From Narcine bancroftii (Eukaryota): DNA of 64,000 nucleotides. This document shows, in pieces, positions 12,637-24,017 of this stretch. Position 1 is the first letter of the stretch, and each line of letters begins with the position of its first letter. The position numbers and the translations under genes are program-made. Location: NCBI RefSeq assembly GCF_036971445.1, contig NC_091474.1:216442001-216506000 (forward strand), read 5' to 3'. Under the pieces are notes generated by a model. The model worked only from the letters and a program-made list of their open reading frames with translations. It searched no databases and had not been told where the DNA came from.

Positions 12637-13109
12637 AAAGATTTCTCCATCAGAAATTTTGTCTTTCTTATCAATGAAATGTGATGCTCTTCAACTATCC
12701 ATTTCAGGTCCATAACCAAAAGGCTGGTAGGGCATGACTGTGTCCACCAATTCATATACACATTCCCAAAGGCAACCAAAGAGCAGATGCCAGATATCAG
12801 AAAAACAGAAATTGCTGGAAATGCAATCAGGCCAGATAACTGTTTCATTCCCCAAAGACACTCCTGGTTTAAGATGTTATGGATGAAAACCACATTCTCA
12901 ATTAAAACCCTAATATAGATCGAATGGTCCCACTGAAATGAACACTTGTAACATTGAATGTGTAAAGAAATCTGCTTCTCTTGGTCATATTTCCTGTGGC
13001 ACTGCTTAAACTAATAGCAATCTATGATCCAAAGATTTCCAGTTACCATGTTTGCATGTGAAATATGAAAGTCTGCAGATGCTGATTGCAGTAAAAAATA
13101 CTGATTGCA

Positions 13110-13860
13110 GTAAAAAATCAGTATGGAGGAGCTCAGTTGGTCTTGCAGTGTCCTCAGGAGGTAAAGGTTCCTTGTTTTGGACCTGAGCCCTTCTTCAATA
13201 TTGGAGTGAATAAAGTCAAATGTCTGAATGAAAGACTGGGGGAAGAATGGGAAGGGGAGGAGTATAGACCAACAGACAAAGGTGTTAATTCTATATGGTA
13301 AAAGGATAGGAGAGAGGAGAGGTGAAAATTGATTTTGGCTCTGAAAGGAGACAGAGACAGAAGGAGAAAAGGGGAGTTGATGCACATGCTATCCAGTTGG
13401 AGGGTGCACAGACAGAAGTTGAGACAGAATTTGCAGGTGGTCTCAGTCTGGAAGTGCATGAGTCCATGAACGGATGTGCCAGCAAGGGAATGGAGCAAGG
13501 AATTGAAATGGATAGGTGATCATTTCATTGAGCACCTCGGCTAGGTCCACTCCAATAGCATGGATCTCCCAGTGGCCCTTTCAATTTCCCACCCCATTCC
13601 CTTGCTCACATGTCTGTCCATGGTCTCATTCACTGCCAGACTGAATCGACCCACAAAATGGAGGAACAACACCTGATCTTTTGACTGTGAACCCTCCAAC
13701 TGGATGGTATTAGCATTAGGTCCCCTTCCCCTGCCATTCTTCAGTCTTTATTCTGATGCCTTCCTGTTCTTTTTTATACCATAAGGAAGGGCTCAGTAAA
13801 ATATCTTTACCTCCTATTGACGCTGTGAGATCGGCTGACTTCCTCCAGCATTTCTGTACT
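13110..13860. mobile_element. Head-to-head pair of Penelope-like 3' ends (minus about 13110-13517, plus about 13518-13860)
   Basis: Both arms encode the HMSVHGLxH..TE...EEQHLIF..LQLDG C-terminus in opposite orientation and end in the GCTGA(G)xxCxTCCAGCA-type terminal motif. Confidence 0.75.
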
Positions 13861-14984
13861 ATGTTTGCAAGCCAGGAACCCTATTCAGACTGAAGAAACA
13901 GGTCATGATATGAACAATTCAAGATACTGAGTTGGCTGTCAGTGCCAACAAACTTTGCAGATATTCTATCATAAATTTCTTTTGTTTATTATAGTTTATC
14001 ATCAATTAATAATATTTTATCCTTTTTTTCCAATTGAATTTATATTTATTTCACTGTAGCAAGTTGAGAGACTCCGTTTAATAAATCTGGTCTTGGGAAG
14101 TCAGTGGCAACAATAAATAACTTTGAAGTAAATTAGCTTGTCGTGATTTTATTTCAGCTGCTTTCCTGTTCATAAGATCTGAAATCAAGGTCTTGCTGTC
14201 CTTAGCTTGAGCTAGTTCTTTCCCTGTCAACAAACTAATCAAATGTTACTACACCACTGTACATTTACAACGGTGATTTTTAAATACAGGAACAGCCATT
14301 CTACTTCAAATGTAAATTATCATTTGAAAGGTTTCAGGATTTCAATGGGTTCATGTAGTTATAATGCTTTGAGAGGGTACTTTATGCCTTTTGATGGTGT
14401 GCCAGAAGATTACGAGATGGAAAGGTTGTTAATGGATTTAGGGAAGAAGCGTTCAGGGTGGGGGAGGGGGAGAAGGAGGGGGGGTGGTTGTTGGGTGGAG
14501 CTGGTGTTGGTTGTGAGAAATGATCCTTCCCAAGGTGGATTTAGGCTGGTTATTATGACATGAAATCATAAAAGGGCTGGAGGTGGAATATTGCTGAATG
14601 GAGGAGGTGCAGAGGATGAAATGGAAGTCATTTTCACGATGATGGGAAGTGGATCACAGATCTAAGTGGCATACACAGTGACTGCATCTGCTTGTTATAG
14701 GCAATATAAAGTTGATAGCTGGATTGCAGTAGATTTCATTCTACCACCCATTCCCACCATAGTTCCTGGAGGAATCTTTCAACCCTCCTCCCATGTTGCA
14801 TCTTTCCTCTCCTCCTCTATTTCCCCTTGCCTTCCTCTACCCTTCCATAAAATTCCATCTCACCCTCCATCCTAAAGCAGGGTTTAGAATTTGAAGTCAG
14901 AATCATCAAACGTTCTGTGCTGCCTCAAATCCTTCCTGAACTGTTGAACTTCTAGGTTTTTTTTTGGAATGCCATCATCTGCTG

Positions 14985-15700
14985 TTTAGAACATAAAACA
15001 TATTACACTACAGCACAGCTCAATGTTGTGCTAACCTATATATTCCTTAAAAAAGTTCTAAACCCACCCTACCCTGTAACCCTCTATTTTTCTTCTATCC
15101 ATGTGCCTGTCAAAGAGTCTCTTAAATGCCCTAATATTTCAGCCTCCACCACCACCCCTGGCAAGGCATTCCAGGCATCCAAAACTCTCTGTGTAAAAAA
15201 CTTAGCCCTGATGTCTCCCCTAAACTTTCCGCTCTTCACTCTGTACACATGTCCTCTGGTGTTTGTTATTCCTGCCCTGGGAAACTGATGCTGACCGTTC
15301 ATCCTATCTATCCCTCTCATAATCTTGTAGACCTCTATTAAGTCTCCATTCATCCTTGTACACTCCAAAGATAAAAGTCACAGCTTTTCTTATTTTCCAA
15401 TCCATCTAAAATCCTGGTAAATCTCCACTGCAACCTTTCCACAGCTTCCACATCATTTTTGTAGTGAGGTGACCAGAACTGAACAGAATATTCTAAGTAT
15501 GGTCTCAGCAGAGATTTGTAAACTCAATCTCCCTATTAATGAAGCCTTCTTAACTATCCTATCAACCTCTATGGAAACCTTGATGGATGCATGGATAGGG
15601 AGCTCAAGGTCCCTCTGTTCATCCAAATTCTTAAGAAACTGACCATTCACCCAGTACTCAGCTTTCTGGTTTGTCCTTCCAAAATGTATCACCTCACACT
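14985..15700 (-). mobile_element. CR1 LINE 3' fragment
   Basis: ORFs 15453-15692 (IHFGRTN, EQRDL) and 15084-15368 (GDLIEVYKIMRGIDR, TRGH, FFTQRV..WNALP). Confidence 0.9.
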
Positions 15701-15702
15701 TA

Positions 15703-16395
15703 GGAGTAAATCACAAAAATCTGTAGACATTGTGATTGAAGAAAAAAACACAAAATGCTGGAGAAACTCAGTTGGTCAAATAGTTTGTCATTTCTGTACC
15801 AAAGATAAAATACATAACCAATGTTTTGGCCCTGAGCCCTTCATCAAGGTCTGAAAGAATGCCGGGAGACGGCCGAAACAAAAGGATTGTAGGGGGGATG
15901 GGTGGGGGGGGGGTGTCAAAGGCAGGAGATGATAGGTGGAGGGAGGGGACTGCAGCAATCAGGGGGAGGAGAGATAGTTAGGTAGGCGGGAACTGCAAAA
16001 ACTGGAAAGGGGGAAGGGAAAGAAAAAGTGAGCAGGTTAAGAGAAACAGAGAAGTTGATGTTAATGCCATCTGGCTGGAGAATTCCCACACAGAAAATAA
16101 GGTGTTGTTCCTCAAATCTGTGGGTGGTCTGGGTGGGATAGTACATAAGGCCATGGACATACATGTGAATATGGGAGTGTGACTCAGAATTGAAATGGTT
16201 AGCTACTGGCAAGTCTGTGTTGTGGTAGATGGAGATGAGGTGCTCAGTGAAGCGATCTCCCAATCTGCAACTGGTCTCTCCAATGTAGAGAAGGCCACAA
16301 AGTGAACACCGGATGCAGTAAATCAGTCCTGTGGAATATACAAGTGAAGTGTTGCCCTGACTAAGTCCCCAGAATGTGGTGAGGGAGGAGGTGAC
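15703..16395 (-). mobile_element. Penelope-like element GIY-YIG endonuclease and pLTR (inverted arm)
   Basis: ORF 15916-16488: GLIYCIRCSLCGLLYIGETSCRLGDRFTEH...PVANHFN...EEQHLIF..LQPDGININF. Confidence 0.9.
15820..15847 (-). ncRNA. Degenerate minimal type-I hammerhead ribozyme motif in Penelope pLTR
   Basis: Minus strand ACC-TTGATGA-AGGGC-TCAG-GGCC-AAAA-CATT-GGT; consistent with CpG-decayed YTGATGA-stemII-GAAA-CGTC. Confidence 0.5.
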
Positions 16396-17338
16396 ATCCC
16401 CTTCTCTCAATTTCTCCATCTCCGCCACATCTGTTCCCAAGATGAAGTGTTCCAGTCCAGATCTTCCAAAATGTCTGCCTTCTTCCACAAATGTGGCTTC
16501 CCCTCCACCATCATCAACTCATCTACATCACCTCCATTCCCCACTCATCTGCCCTGGGCTCCTGTGCCCCCAGGCATAACAAACATATAATCCCCCTCAT
16601 CCTCACCTACCACCCACCAGCCTTCCCCATTAAACACATCATTCACTGGAGTTTCTAGCAGTTACTACAGGATCCCACCACCAGATATTTTTCCTTCTCC
16701 TCCCCTCTCTGCCTTCGATGAATCCCTCATGTACTCATCCCTCCACACCTATTTCACCCCCGCCTCCCCATCCTGGCACCTTCCTGTCACCACAGGAGGT
16801 GTCATACTCGCACCTCTTCCCTCACCATAGGGCCCAAAATTGACTTTCCAAGTGAAGTGACACTTCACTTGTATATCCACAGGACTGGTTCACTGCATCT
16901 GGTGCTCTCTTTGTAACCTTTTCAACATTGGAGGGTCGCAGATTGGGAGTATCTCTGACCATGGGAGTATTCGTTGAGTATCTCTGCTATATCCACCACA
17001 ACAGAGACCTCCCAATAGCCAACCATTTCAATTCTGAGTCACACTCCCACACTCAGATGTCTTTCTATGGTCTTATGTACTATCCCATCCTGAACATCCA
17101 CAGACTGGAGAAACAACACTGTAATGGCCTGCAAACCAAGTCACAACCTGACTCACAAAATGGCCAGCAAACTTGACGATCACAAGGGCCCTGCAGGGAC
17201 CAATGGCCATCATCCCATGTAACCTCCCAAATGGTGGTAAACAGTGGGCAACGGTGGGAACACTGACCAATTGGAGGCTGGTGCTGTGATGATGTCACTC
17301 CTGTTGTCAGAGTCAAGGAGTCAATATAAACAGAATTC

Positions 17339-18594
17339 TGTTAGGAGCTCAGAGCACCCTAAAACCCAGCAACAATAGATATTCACCAAGACAAAAGGTT
17401 ATTTAAACAAAAGTTACTTTTAATTATCTTAAAACATTAAAACAGAATCACATGCTAACTTATCACTATTAACTTTCATAACCTAACTTACCTGTTCTAA
17501 TTCTAAGCACATGTGTATATAATGTGTGCGTAAGTTCAGATTTTCCCTTGCAACCGCTGCAACCGTGTCTGCCTGTCCCGCATGGGACTTGTCAGCCACA
17601 AATGAACCTGCAGCTGATGTGGACATTACCCCTCCATAAATCTTCGTCCACGAAGCCAAGCCAAAGAAGAAGAAGAGAAGAAGAAGAAGTTCAGAAAAGT
17701 TCCTTGATTCACAGTCCAATCTCACTTCTCATTCCTCCAAGTTTACTAGTTGCAGGCAATTCTTATACTGTGCACAGAATTTAACATGAAGTTCACCAGG
17801 CTTTGGTGCTTGAAAGTTCTCAAGAAGGTTCTTGTTGGTTTTCAGAGAGAGATTTGTTGTTTGCTGGACACCCACAACTTATTCCTTGTGACCAGCCACT
17901 TCAGTGTCTTTCCAAAGAAACCTTCTCCATCAAAGTTTACAGAGAGAGATTTGTTGCTCACTGGACACCAACAACTGATTCCTTTTAATCAGCCACTTCA
18001 GAGAAACTTGCCCCATTAGGGTTTTCCAGATGATAACCTCTTTCTTTCAGGTCACCACAGAGTTCCTTTTTATTTCTCTTACTTCAAGTTAAACATTAGG
18101 CGGCCAGTCCTCTCCTCTTGTATGAACCACAAGAGCTTTGACCAGGCTGAACTAAGTACTCACAACCCCGTCTTACAAATGGGGTTTTTCCACAAACTTT
18201 CCAGCTTGTCCTGTTCCAGTCCCAGCTGCTGCTGCTGACTGTAGAACTGCAGAACTCTCTCTCCCTCTGTCTCAGAGAAAAGCCTGTTATTTTTTCACTC
18301 TCTGCTTGCAAAAACCACATGACCCTCTGAGAACAGCAAGCTGCACTCCCAGACAGCCGGCTCCGGACTAATCGTTCGAGTTCTTTCATCTGTTGCTTTT
18401 CAACACAGCAATCATTAGTGAAGTCTCTTGAGCACTCCCCAAAGCCTTTTGCAAAGGGTATTAGAGCCGACCTGTCTGGCTTGAGCAAAGCTCCAGTATT
18501 TTAAATGAGATCTGCTTTGATGTATTTGTATGTGACCTACACTAAAAAATAACTGCCCCAATTTATCTCCCAAAATTATCTATAATCTTTCACA
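17339..18594 (-). mobile_element. Long solo LTR (B), about 1.1 kb without its RTE insert
   Basis: TG...CA termini (TGTTAGGAG / CTTTCACA); splits LTR A between TATA and polyA signals; related segments at 47229 onward and 50595-50806. No TSD seen. Confidence 0.6.
17541..17686 (+). mobile_element. RTE LINE extreme 3' fragment with 9-bp TSD
   Basis: Closely similar to the reverse complement of 28941-29070; (GAA)n tail; AAGTTCAGA at 17532-17540 and 17687-17695. Confidence 0.9.
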
Positions 18595-18918
18595 GCTGGC
18601 AGAGCAATAAATCAGTCTTCAACCTCAACTTGACTGTGTGTGTGTGTGTGTGTTACTCCACATAAGCTACAACACCTTAATTTCTGTCTGGGCACTCTCC
18701 AACCAGATGGCATTAACTTCAACTTCTCTTTCTCCTAATCAGCTCACCTGTTCTTTCCCCTCCCCTTTCCAGTTTTACAGTTCTCCCCTCCCTTCCCCTC
18801 CACTCACCCAGCCATCCCTCCTTCCCCCAATCACTGCTGTCCCCTCCCTCTCTTCTCTCCATCCAATCTCCCTCCAACCCAACCTTATGTTTTGACACCT
18901 GCCGACATTCTTTCACAC

Positions 18919-18947
18919 TTCGATGAAGGGCTCAAGCCTGAAATGTC
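18919..18947 (+). ncRNA. Degenerate minimal type-I hammerhead ribozyme motif in Penelope pLTR
   Basis: TTCGATGA-AGGGC-TCAA-GCCT-GAAA-TGTC-GGT; GATGA box, GGGC/GCCT stem II, GAAA box and GTC triplet are present. Confidence 0.55.
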
Positions 18948-19369
18948 GGTTATGTATTTTTATCTTTGCTACATAAAGGACTGTTTAACCAGCTGAGTTT
19001 TTCCAGCATTTTGTGTTTTCACCTCATACTTATCCATTTGCCTCTTCTACGCCTGACTTTCTGCATTCTGTCTACATCCTCTTGTAAACATCAATAACCT
19101 TCTGCTTCATCCACAACTCCTCCAAGCTTCGTATCTGACCCATCCTTCCCTCTCTTCATCCAGGTTATTTATAAAAAAAAATCACCAAAGATCAGAACAA
19201 ATCCTATATCCCAAATGTAAATAATTAACAAAGTGCATGTGAGCAATGCAGGGAGATTGAGGAAATGGGAGAGATGGATAATTTGGATGGCAAAGCACAT
19301 AAGAGATTAGAGCAAGTCAGTGAATAAGATGAATTATTGTACAATAGCAAAAGCAGGAACTAGAACCAT

Positions 19370-19935
19370 AAAGTAACTGCTGGAGAAATTCAGCAGACAC
19401 AAGCCACATTAAATGCCCTCTCCATGTTCTTGGCCTCTACCTGTCTTGGGATGAAGGTTAACCAAAACTAGAGGGACAGCACATCGTTCTGCTGGGATAG
19501 TCTACAACCGAAATTATTGAATTCTACAGTTTTATTCCTTTCTCACCCCACTTTAATCCACTCAGGTCCCCTCACAAAACCCCTTCAGCTTCATTACACA
19601 TTTTTTTCCTCCATTCTCTCAGTCAGAAGGCCCTCCACAGTCTCCATCTAGCCCTGCCTTATCTGGTTCTGTTCATTACCTTCCTGTTTTATCAGATTCC
19701 ATAATCTGAAGCCCTTTGTTGTCTCCACGTTACCTCCACCCTTCCCTGCCTGACCCGCCCATCAAGCTCTCCACATCAGGATTCACCCATTGCTTGCCTG
19801 CTCTCACTTCACTCCTCCTTCTCATTTCTTTATACTGTCCTTCTGCCCTCTGCACAGTCCTGGGTCTCATCCATCGCTTTGCCTCCACAGATGGCTCGTA
19901 ACTCATTTAGTCCTCCAGAGCTTATTTGTTTTTGT
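19370..19935 (+). mobile_element. Old Penelope-like 3' remnant
   Basis: LEGQHIV..LG.LQP-like stretch at about 19470-19510, pyrimidine-rich tail, degenerate terminal motifs. Confidence 0.45.
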
Positions 19936-20539
19936 TGCTTACAATGAGGTCTTCATCTCTAGGGTCAAGGATAGGAATTAACATGTGGGTACTGTCTGAA
20001 AGGAAGCACAATGCTCACAGTTATTGTCCATCCACCATCTGAAAATCCAACTCTATAAAGGACAAGGAAGACCAGGACACTAAAGTGTGGCACGAAACCA
20101 GAAAAATCTACAACCTCTCTATATGGTTTGGTAGAGAGGTTCACTTCAACTTTGAAAACTATTAATTAAGCAGGCAATTTAGATTTTCTCTATACCTGAC
20201 ATGACATCTTAATTATCATTAAAAATAATCATTTAAATTTGTACTTAAATATCTCTAGCACCTTCAAGTACTTTTATTGAATCTGTTCAACAATACTGCA
20301 TTAACATGGTAAGTAGAAATGTAAAGAGGTTACTCAGAATGATTCAATAGAGATCCTGCTGAGAAAAAAGATGCCTTGATTTATTTTCCAAATCCTTCCA
20401 ATTTCAGAATCCACATGGCAGTCCTTCTTATTTTGAGCATTACCCATTGTTGCCTGTTAGCTGGGTACATTGTGATGGTGCTGCAGTGTACCTTCATGAG
20501 GATTACATGTTGGATTTTGTCAGGATGCAACACTGCTCA

Positions 20540-20945
20540 TTACAGAAATTGCTCTGCCCAAGACTACAGGAAACTGCAGAGTTATGAATGTAGCTCAGCC
20601 CGTTACACAAGCTGTCCCCTTCCCCTCCATCAACTGCATTTATATTTTTGGCTGCCTTGGAAAAGAAGTCAACATTAAAAGACTCATCTGATGTGGGCCA
20701 GCCGCGTTTCCTCCTCCTCCAATTGGGAAGAAGGATTCAAGGACTGTTTCTTTCCTGCCATTATGGGTTCCCAAGGATACCACACAATGATACCGCAGAT
20801 GGCGTTGCCTTTGTTCAGTACTAACACATCCCTCTGTAAACCCTAGTTCTGTGCTTTTCCTGCTGTATTATGGGTTGACTATTTGGATTTTTCGCGAAAC
20901 AAATGTTCTCATTGCACCACAGGACATGTGGCAATAAACATGAAT
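20540..20945 (+). mobile_element. Old Rex1/Babar-type LINE 3' remnant
   Basis: YRNCSAQDYRKLQ, LPSI, F.LLP.GRR, DCFFPAI; tail GTGGCAATAAAC. Confidence 0.55.
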
Positions 20946-22699
20946 ATGGAAATTCAAGGCCAAGGGTTTACCTAATCTTGGAGAATTGCCAAATAAATGA
21001 ATGGAAGGAAAATGTTGATGGCATCCACAGAGTATAGACAAGGAAACAACCCTAAATTAGCAGTAGGTGCATCTTGTTATGGTGTACGCCTTTAGATGGA
21101 TTCCCTGCACATCTCCATGTCTTTGGGCACAAATTGCTGGAAGTGCTGTGGATGATGGCTAGAATAGCCTGGAGGGAAAAAGGGGAGAAGAGGAGAAATT
21201 TTAGGTTGCTGAGTGGTAAGGCTGGTAAGGCGCATACACAAATGAAAATAAATTCAAAGATAGAGAAAAAAGTGGCGTGAGTCCAAGAAATGAAACAAGT
21301 TGAATTAAGGTCAAAAAGGGAAATTAGATGAAAAAAAAACATTGAGAGAGCAAAATAGAATGAGAGAAAAGCAGATAGCAAAAGCAAGAAAAACAGCTTT
21401 GAAAAGACCCGAGTAGTTTGCTCTTTGTTAATTTCAAGCCTAGCTTTCAAGGCCTCTGAAGTGTAACATAAGTCACTTCTAAGGTCCTGTCCCACAATCT
21501 TCTTGCATAAAGGTCTCACAATGTTAATTCATGATTGAGTTAAATATCTAACAATTTCTTAAAACTCTCAGAGCATGCATAGAGATGAATGTTTCCTGGC
21601 TGCTTGGAAGGCTTTTGTGCATAAACATAAATTGGACAAATGAGTGTGCAAGTTTTCATAACATGAACAGATGATTGGGGGCAGGGGGGGAGAAGTAAGG
21701 AGGAAACAGGATACCTCTGCTTGCCTCACCATGTATTGACCCCCCCCCCTGCTCAAGTCTGTTAGATCCATGCCAGACTCTGCTGGTGGGAGATTTTCAT
21801 AAACCATCTGGCAGTCTACGATGGTTCACAATCACTATAAATCTCAGCCCTCTAACAATATGAGGTTGTCATTATTTTCAGGGATGTCATTATTTTCAGG
21901 GCTGTCATATTTTGATATCAATACAAGATTCCAAGTCATTCAGCAGGGAGCCTTCCATTTACTCCACCATGTTCATTACAACCAATTAATCCAGACTTCC
22001 AGCATTTAGAACCATAGAATGTCACAGCACAGAAACAGGGCTTCTTCAACCCTCCAAATCTGTGCTGAATCATTTTTATTTTTATTTTGCCCAGTCCCAC
22101 TGACCTGCACCAATAGCACTCTATACCTCTTCTATCCATGTACCTGTCCAAATTCCTTTGAAATGTTAAAAAGTTAAAATTGAGTTCGCATTCACCATTT
22201 TAGTTGGGAGCTCATTTCACATCCCCACCACTCTATTTGTGAAGAAGTTTCCCCTCATCTTCCCCCTAAACTTTTTTCCCTTTCACTCTTAACCCATGTC
22301 CTTTGGTTTGTATCTTATCCATCCTCAGTGGAAAAAGCCTAGTCTCCTTCAAGGTCCGAGGAAATACCTTGCCAGGCCCTGGGGATTTATCACCCTTATT
22401 TGCTTTAAGACAGCAAGCACTTCCTCCTGTTTAATCTGTATAGGTTCTATGACCTCACTGTTGTTTTTTCTTACTTCCCATGCCTCTGTGCCTTTTTCCT
22501 GAGTGAATACTGATGAAGAAAAAGACTCTCCTAAGTCTTTTTGGCTCCATACAAAGCTAAACACTCTGATCTTCAAGGGAAACAATTTTGGCTTTGCTAT
22601 CCTTTTGCTCTTAATATACCTCAATAAACTTGAATGATTTTCCATCACATTGTCTGCCAAAGTAACCTCATATCTTCTTTTACCTTTCTTAATTTCTCT

Positions 22700-23160
22700 A
22701 TTTTTTAAATTTTTTTTAATTTTTCACACTTTGGACCATATTGACCAAAATACACATAAATATTTCCCTCTTGAATATACATAGTGTCATTTTCTCCCCT
22801 TTTCCCCCCCTCCCTTCCCTCCCTCCTTCCCACCCCCCTCCCCACCCACTAAACGTTCAACATATATAATACTTTAAACCCATTAAACAATGTCATCACA
22901 CAATGAAAATAAACAAGAAAATTTACACACTGGGTCAATTCATTTCATCTTCTTCTCATTCTGTCATTTTATGTGGTGGAGGTCCGCGGAAGGACTTCTC
23001 TGTTGTGCTCCATGTTAGGTTCCCAAATTTGTTCAAATACTGTGATGTTATTTCTTAACTTATATGTTAATTTTTCCAATGGAATACATTTATTCATTTC
23101 TATGTTCCATTGCTATATTCTCAGGCTATCTTCTGATTTCCAGGTTGACATTATACATTC
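22700..23160 (-). mobile_element. L1/Tx1 3' end
   Basis: Minus strand ...EMNKCIPLEKLTYKLRNNITVFEQIWEP, G-rich 3' UTR, A-rich tail at 22700-22723; matches 41418-41636 in opposite orientation. Confidence 0.8.
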
Positions 23161-23544
23161 TTTCTTGAGGTTTACTTGCATTTTTTTATACTCCTCAAGT
23201 ACCTCATTTGCTCCATGTTGCCTAAACCTGTTATAAACCTTTCTCTTCTTCCGAACCAGATCCCCAGTATCCCTCAAAAACCAAGGTTCCCTCTGCCTCC
23301 TAACCTTGTCTTTAATCCTGAGAGCAACATACAAACTCTGGACTCTCAAAATTTCACCTTAGAAGGTCCTCCACTTACCTTGCACATCCTTGCCTGAAAA
23401 CAACTTATCCCAATCCACACATTCTAGATCCTTTCTCATTTCCTCAAAGTTTGCCTTTCACCAATTTAGAATCTGAACATGAGGCTCAGATCTATCCTTC
23501 TCCATAATTAACTTGAAAATAATAGCATTATGATCACTGGACCC

Positions 23545-24017
23545 AAAATGTTTATAATGTTAAAGAGATCAGCGTTGAATTTGACAAGATATGGTGCCAA
23601 GTCATGGACTATTATCATAATTTGATGACTTTGGCAGGGCTGCTCTGGGGGTTTTGTATCTGATGTCGGAGAGCCGATACTCGATTCTTTACAATTTATT
23701 TGCTAGTGACTGTTTAGTGGGAGTCGTAAGATTAGTATGATTTTTTTCTCTTTTTTCTTTTGTTCTTATTTTTGTTTTTTTTTATATATATAACTAGACG
23801 TGATTGATATATATAATCACAATTTATATCTCAACATTAGAGCATGAGGTGAAATTCTCATAAGGATATTTCTTTCTGAGAATCATATAAAACAATGTAT
23901 AATTGATAGATGATTCCTAGTCTGTGTTTTATTATATAAAAGATATAAGTAATTAATATCTAAATGATAAATACATGTAATATTTTTCTATATCAAATTA
24001 ATATATTTTTTAAAAAA
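23545..24017 (+). mobile_element. L1/Tx1 3' end remnant
   Basis: FDKIWCQVMDYYH-like ORF2 end, T-rich UTR, ATTAATA..A-rich tail; the host CR1 resumes at GACTCAAAATGTTCC. Confidence 0.5.

Larger units (their letters stand above)
17120..18671 (+). mobile_element. Solo LTR (A) with 4-bp TSD
   Basis: TGTAATGG...AAGCTACA termini; ACAC at 17116-17119 and 18672-18675; TATAAA and AATAAA in order on the plus strand; removing it rejoins the host Penelope GIY-YIG coding sequence. Confidence 0.8.
16396..19020 (+). mobile_element. Penelope-like element 3' part (linker, GIY-YIG, pLTR), interrupted by LTR insertion 17120-18671
   Basis: FLHICSQDEVF, IPLILTYHP, GPKLTFQVK.HFTC, PIANHFNSESHSH, LEKQH|LI..LG.LQPDGI resuming at 18672. 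Confidence 0.85.

Noticed and set aside
21867-21912. 18-bp tandem TGTCATTATTTTCAGGG(A/C) x2.5; also a 19-bp duplication at 13082-13118
   Set aside because: Ordinary slippage duplications with no further structure.
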